Below, in pieces: positions 59,601 to 64,000 of a DNA stretch of 64,000 nucleotides (position 1 is the first letter of the stretch; each line of letters opens with the position of its first letter). Under the pieces are notes generated by a model. The model had not been told where the DNA came from. It searched no databases and saw only the letters and a list, made by a program, of their open reading frames with translations. Source of the DNA: Selaginella moellendorffii (taxonomy: Eukaryota; Plantae; Lycopodiophyta); the NCBI RefSeq assembly GCF_000143415.4, contig NW_003314266.1, positions 3,356,398-3,420,397 of the forward strand. Direction: 5' to 3'. The translations under genes were made by a program, and so were the position numbers.

Positions 59601-60191
59601 GAGTGCGCGGTGTTTAATCTCTACGCAAAGTGTGGCAAGCTCGACGTCGCGACGGCCATGTTCGAGAGGATGGAGGCCAAGAACGCCGTGTGCTGGCATG
59701 GGATCATCGCAGCCTACGCTCACCATGGCTACGGCATCGAGACGCTCTGGTTCTACCGTCTCTTTGAGCTCCATGGCTACAAACCGCTGGAGCCGACTTT
59801 CCTGTGCGTGTTCTTGGCGTGCGGCCACGCCGGCCTCGTCGACGAGTGTAAGTGGTACTTCCAGTCGATGATCGAGGACAGGATCACTCCAACTTTCGAT
59901 CACTACTCGTGCGTTGTGACGGTTCTATCGCGCGCTGGGAAGCTGGAGGAGGCCGAGGATTTGCTCCACAGCATGCCGTTTAATCCTGGCAGCGTGGGGT
60001 GGACGAGCTTGCTGGGGGCGTGTAGAACTCACGGGGATTTGAAGCGGGCTAGGAGAGCGGCGGACGAGGCTATGGAGCTGGATCGACAGGACAGTGCTCC
60101 ATACGTGCTGCTCTCCAACGTTAACATCTTCGCTGCGTCGGGGTGTCTGGATCATTTGCGCAAGAAAACCAAGCACAATCATCCTAAGTAA
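56625..60191 (+). CDS. Large PLS-class PPR protein with E domain, no DYW
   Basis: 1188-aa intronless ORF with many P-L-S triplets and HYSCVVTVLSRAGKL...WTSLLGACRTHGD...PYVLLSNV. Confidence 0.94.
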   Translation: MSFGQTRRRLLSTAIIDSPDTSLQRLARLDDDLHHLQFQSPFQVRQTYAALLKHCGNAAALPQGRRIHAHIVASGLASDGFLGDHLLQMYGKCGSVDDAIQVFHSLPRRSLFSWNFIIAAFAKNRHGRKAIEMFRSMDSAGIKPDSATLSSVLGACSSLRDLEEGRRIHGRISSGEFQSGIVVETGLVKMYARCGRLREAREVFDRIENKDVICWNSMIAAYAQGGHSAQARQLCEEMEGFGVKASDTTFAGILGACSSLEEGKKIHSRALARGLSSSIIVQNALVSMYARCSRLDVARVVFDKIESKSVVSWNAMIAACARQGEAEQALQLFKRMELEPNEVTFASVFNACSLLPDHREVGKRIHDRIRGSHLEANVTVATAIVTMYGKFGKVGMARQVFNGIQHKNVVSWNAMLGAYTQNNLDREALEVYHEMVAQKVQRDEVTVVIALGISASLRLLKLGIELHELSVAHGYDSNIKVQNALISMYGKCNELDAARRVFSKVRAHDVVSWTALIVAYTQHGRNREALELYKQMEGEGMEPDKVTFTSVLSACSNTSDLELGQALHARLLARKDGFSDGVLVAALINMYVKCGRLDLSSEIFQSCKDTKAVVVWNAMITAYEQEGYSRAAVDLYDMMKQRGLDPDESTLSSILSACAELQDLEKGEQLHVEIIASRDCSQNPVVLNALISMYASCGEIREAKAVFKRMKNRDVVSWTILISAYVQGGDARRALRLYRRMLVEGVQPTEVTMLAVIAACSAMESLWEGIVIHALTDSMFFTDAAVQAALISMYARCRRLDLACQVFRQVRHLESSANCWNAMLAAYSQLGLPEEGIRLYWEMSSTGIKANEGTFAGALAACSMLGAVREGYRIHEQVSCSRYSSDLSLKTALVHMYAKCNRVDAAFHVFEQLQPDVVAWNAMIAAYAQNGYAWHALELYSKMVSESNVTPDAYTITNILSVCSNARLLDNGRTIFEQAVRQSPELERNTAVECAVFNLYAKCGKLDVATAMFERMEAKNAVCWHGIIAAYAHHGYGIETLWFYRLFELHGYKPLEPTFLCVFLACGHAGLVDECKWYFQSMIEDRITPTFDHYSCVVTVLSRAGKLEEAEDLLHSMPFNPGSVGWTSLLGACRTHGDLKRARRAADEAMELDRQDSAPYVLLSNVNIFAASGCLDHLRKKTKHNHPK

Positions 60192-60680
60192 AGAAGGATA
60201 AAAGTTTATGCGGTGCCGTAGGCGCCATCTTGTTGGTGCGAATCTCTCGATCCCTGCATGGAAGCTGTCGGATCCGCACGAAGAAGCGGCGTTCACTACC
60301 ACGACATTGGCGCCAGCCCCGGATAGGCCCCATCGTCGTCTTCCGGCACAATAAGCGTGCCAGCGGCAGCCCCAAGCTCATCTCCAATGAGCGTGTCATC
60401 ACCACCATTCTTGGCCCCATCTCCCGGTAAAGCATGCCAACGAATTTCCCAAGATCCTCCTCACCACCAGCAGTGAGCGTCTCCTCGCCACCAGCAGTGG
60501 CATCAGGTTTGGCATTGTGCCGAGCACTAGCTCCGGCACCAGTTTAAGGACTAGTGTTTGAGGTATTTCCTTTACCTTTATTTCCACTCGTGTTCATATG
60601 GAAAACTTAGAAGGTACAAAAAAAAAATTGAATAGCAAAAATCATCCAATTAAACAATGCCTACTGTCTCATGTTTCCCT

Positions 60681-60867
60681 ATTTCCTTGCCAAGAGCCGT
60701 GCATGCAGAGCTCCAAATCGCTAGCATTGGAATAGGCACTCAGAACCGCTGGTGCCTCCATTCTATCTGCTTGTAGAGCTCTCGGTTCCTGCCGTGTTAA
60801 GTGTAGGCCACAACCAAAGCGTGAGCTCACTTTCCAGAAAACTCACCTGGCCACGTCAAGTTCGTTG
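60681..60867 (-). pseudogene. Inverted fragment of the upstream PPR gene (matches ~58100-58350)
   Basis: The reverse complement reads caacgaacttgacgtggccaggtgagttttc...gctctacaagcagat...gcgatttggagctctgcatgcacggctcttggc. Confidence 0.8.
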
Positions 60868-60871
60868 GATG

Positions 60872-63800
60872 TGTCGAGATGTCAGTCTCGATCAGCTGAT
60901 GTGGCATGTCCACGTGGGCATGAGTCATGTCCCTTGAGTCATGTAAAAAGAGTCGGAACACAATGAACGAGCTCATGAGTGTTATGTCCATCCCTTTTCA
61001 CACCACAACATGGTATCGGATTTCGGGGACGATCCTGGTTGGTTGATTTGACGTTGCTGTCATGGCCGCTTCAACCCCACCACCACCTCCGCCGCCCCCA
61101 CCACCACCGCCGCTGCCGCCGCCGCCGCCGCCACCGGTTGCTGCTCAAGTTCTCGTGGCTTCCACAGAGAAGGTGGAGAAATTCAGTGGCACGAATTTCT
61201 TCACATGGGCGACAAGAATCAGGCTGATCCTCTCTGCGAAACGAGCGTGGAACATCGTTGATGGGACTGAGCCTCGTCCCGCTGAGCAGACGCTACAATC
61301 AGATTGGGATTTTCGCAATCAGCAAGCCATCACCGTCATTGGCTTGGGATTGAGCGATGAATTCTTGCCGCTGATTGATCTCACCAAGACCGCTGCTGAA
61401 ATCTGGACGTCGCTTCGCACGATCTTCGTGGCCCAAGCCGCAAATTCTTCCATGCTGCTGAATCAACAATTCTTGGCGCTTCACATGGAAACGGGTGAAA
61501 CCATTGCTGTGTACGTGGGACGGATTCGAGGGCTAATGGCTGAATTGACTGGTGCTGGGTCTCCTGTCACGGACGATCGCGCCAGGGCGTTGCTGCTTGC
61601 AACCGTCACGCCTGCGTTTAGCACGCTCGCATCTGTTCTATCTCACATGGCCATGAACTTTGATCAAGTCGTGGGTGCCCTAATTGAAGAGGAACGCAAG
61701 ATGAAGGGGAAGAAAGAAGCGATGCCCTCTGCCAAATCTTCCTTGCTTTATGCTGGCGCTGCGGGAGGATCATCCTCGTCCTCTCAAGCTCAGCCGAACG
61801 ACACTGGTTTTCGTGGCATTTGTCACTATTGCCACAAACCTGGACACTTGGCGAGGGATTGCAAGAAGAAGAAAGCTGATCGTGCTAAAGCTGCCAAGAA
61901 CAAAGACAAAGGAAACAAAGACAAGGGCTCTGGGACTCCTCGTAAGCTCTTGATGGCTCGCTCTGCAAGCAGCAGCCACCAGCCCGTGCTCGGACCAGAG
62001 CTGTGGCTGGATTCTGGAGCGTCATTCCATATGACGCCCATGGCTTCCTTGTTTTTTGACTACCAAGAACCGTGTGAGAGTGACGCCGTGGGACTCGGTG
62101 ACTCCTCTGCTCACGACGTACTAGGCAAAGGAACAATCAGGGTTCAGCTCTCTTCTGGAGAAATCCGGGAGATCTATCCTGTGTCTTATGTTCCGGGACT
62201 TACACACACGCTGCTGTCGATTGGAACTGCTGCTCAAGTAGGCTTCGATACTCTGTTCACAGCACAGGGAGCGTTCGTGCTGGATGCCGAGACTGGAGAC
62301 AAGGTCGCTTTTGGAGTTCCAGTTGATACGCTCTACCGCCTGGATGCTCACGTGATCCTTCCACCTGTGGCGCTGATGGCTCGGGTTCCACCGACACTTG
62401 CAACCTGGCACCAGCGCCTTGGTCACGTGAACGAGCAACAGCTAAAAAAGGTGGATGTTCCTGTCTGCGAAGCTTGTGTTGGTGGAAACGTTTTTCCTTT
62501 TCCACAGATTTCTCATTCTCGAGCAAGTTCTGTTCTTGAGTTGGTACACTCGGACGTTTGTTCGATTATGGTTGAATCTTTGGGAGGCAAACGTTACGTA
62601 GTCACCTTCCTGGATGATTACACGCGGTACCTGATGGTGTACCTGCTGGCTCATAAATCAGAAGTGTTCTCCTGTTTTAGCCAATACAAGGCTTTGGCAG
62701 AAACTCTACACGGCTGTTTAGTTTGTGTGCTCCGCTGTGATCGTGGAGGAGAATTCGTCTCTGGCGAATTCGAGACGTTTTGTGCTGAAGCTGGGATTCA
62801 GCGCCAGTATGCTGTCCCTGATGCACATGCCCAGAATGGTGCTGCCGAGAGGGTGAATCGCACCATCATAGAAGCTGCATGCTGTATGCTGCTTCACGCG
62901 GGAATGCCGGCTGCTTTCTGGGGAGAGGCAGTGAACACGGCTGTTTATGTTCGAAACCGGTTGCCAACTCGTGCCCTGCCTGGGAAGACTACTCCTTATG
63001 AGCTTTGGACTGGTCACGCACCTGGTTACGATCATCTCCGCATTTTTGGCTGTTTTGCCTATGCACACGTTCCACACAAGCAACGCCGAAAGCTGGAGTC
63101 AAAGGCTGAGCCATCCATTTTCCTGGGATATTTGGAAGGCATGAAAGGATATCGCCTTTATTCTCTCAAGCGCAAGACTTTGCTGGAAAGACGGGATGTG
63201 CTCTTTGATGAGAGCAAGCTATACAAGGATTGCGCTGAAGTTCCTGCTCCTACTTTTGTGGAACTCCAGCTGGTGGACACAGTTCACGTGACTACAGCTC
63301 CTTCTCAAGTCCCGTTGCTGCCTTTTGCTCTTGCTGGTGGTAACTTGGTGGTTCCTCCAGCACTGCCACCACGCCCTCTAGCTACGCCTCTGCAAGAATC
63401 TCCTCCAATGAGAACACCTAGCTTCTCTAAAGAGCTGATGAACACTTACTTCGAGGGCGATGAGGAATTTCAAGCTGCTCCTGAGTTCTTCCTTGGCTCA
63501 TCTTCAGTGGGAGCTGGACGTGGATCATCACCTTCAGTGTGCGCTGGAAGCAGGTTGCCAACTTCAGTGGGAGCTCTCCCAGACTCTCCACTTGTTCCAC
63601 CACCTGTGATCCACCCTCCAGCATGTCCTGAACCACGGTGCTCTGCTCGAGTTCCTGTACCATCGAGGCTGCAACTGGAAGCTGAGCAATCTCGTCCCTT
63701 CTTTAGTTTTGGAAAAATTAAAAAGAAAGGAACGCACCAGGCTAACTTCGTGGCTGCTAATCTAGAGCGAATCCCCATTCCAGCGAATGTTGACGAGGCA

Positions 63801-64000
63801 TTAGCCGGACCTCATGCTGCCCAGTGGCGAGAAGCCATGAATGCTGAAATGCATTCGCATGAGCGAAACAATACAATGACAAAGACAACCTTACCTGAAG
63901 GTGCTCACCTTGTGAGCTCAAAATGGATTTACACAGTCAAGTACAAACCTGATGGAACTGTAGCAATGTTCAAGGCCAGGTTTGTTGCACGGGGATTCAG
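60872..64000 (+). mobile_element. Ty1/Copia LTR retrotransposon, 5' part: LTR ~60872-61010, PBS 61011-61020, gag-pol from 61062 running off the window
   Basis: TGTCG...CAACA is followed by TGGTATCGGA (tRNA-iMet-like PBS). The ORF contains the Zn knuckle CHYCHKPGHLARDC, protease WLDSGASFHMT, WHQRLGH, integrase LVHSDVC/RCDRGGEF/QNGAAERVNRT and the RT start KWIYTVKYKPDG...KARFVARGF. Confidence 0.95.

Overview
Eukaryotic plant nuclear DNA. The many very short (~50-70 nt) introns, dense gene packing, several PLS-class PPR genes and a ciliary dynein-assembly gene point to a seed-free plant with flagellated sperm, most likely the lycophyte Selaginella (inference). 0.6-12 kb holds GSH1, a GDSL lipase, DGK, tRNA-Ser(UGA), an MFSD12-like transporter, DNAAF6/PIH1D3 and an mTERF. 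12-20 kb is a decayed duplicate of the neighbouring PPR-DiT1 pair, split by a dead Gypsy element and a second LTR. 20-41 kb holds PPR, DiT1, CCDC130/YJU2B, TIM44, a plastid-type HutX/ChuX protein, a LIM protein, another PPR and a divergent macrodomain protein embedded in long Pro-rich repeats. 41-61 kb is a rearranged block of three papain-like protease copies, an AT-rich bulb-lectin chimera with a dead copy, a large PPR gene and several deleted or inverted PPR fragments. A Copia element with an open gag-pol ORF runs off the right end. The best novelty candidates are the macrodomain/PFQ-repeat protein, the cyanobacterial-type HutX protein and the lectin chimera. All family calls come from motif recognition by eye; no searches were run.
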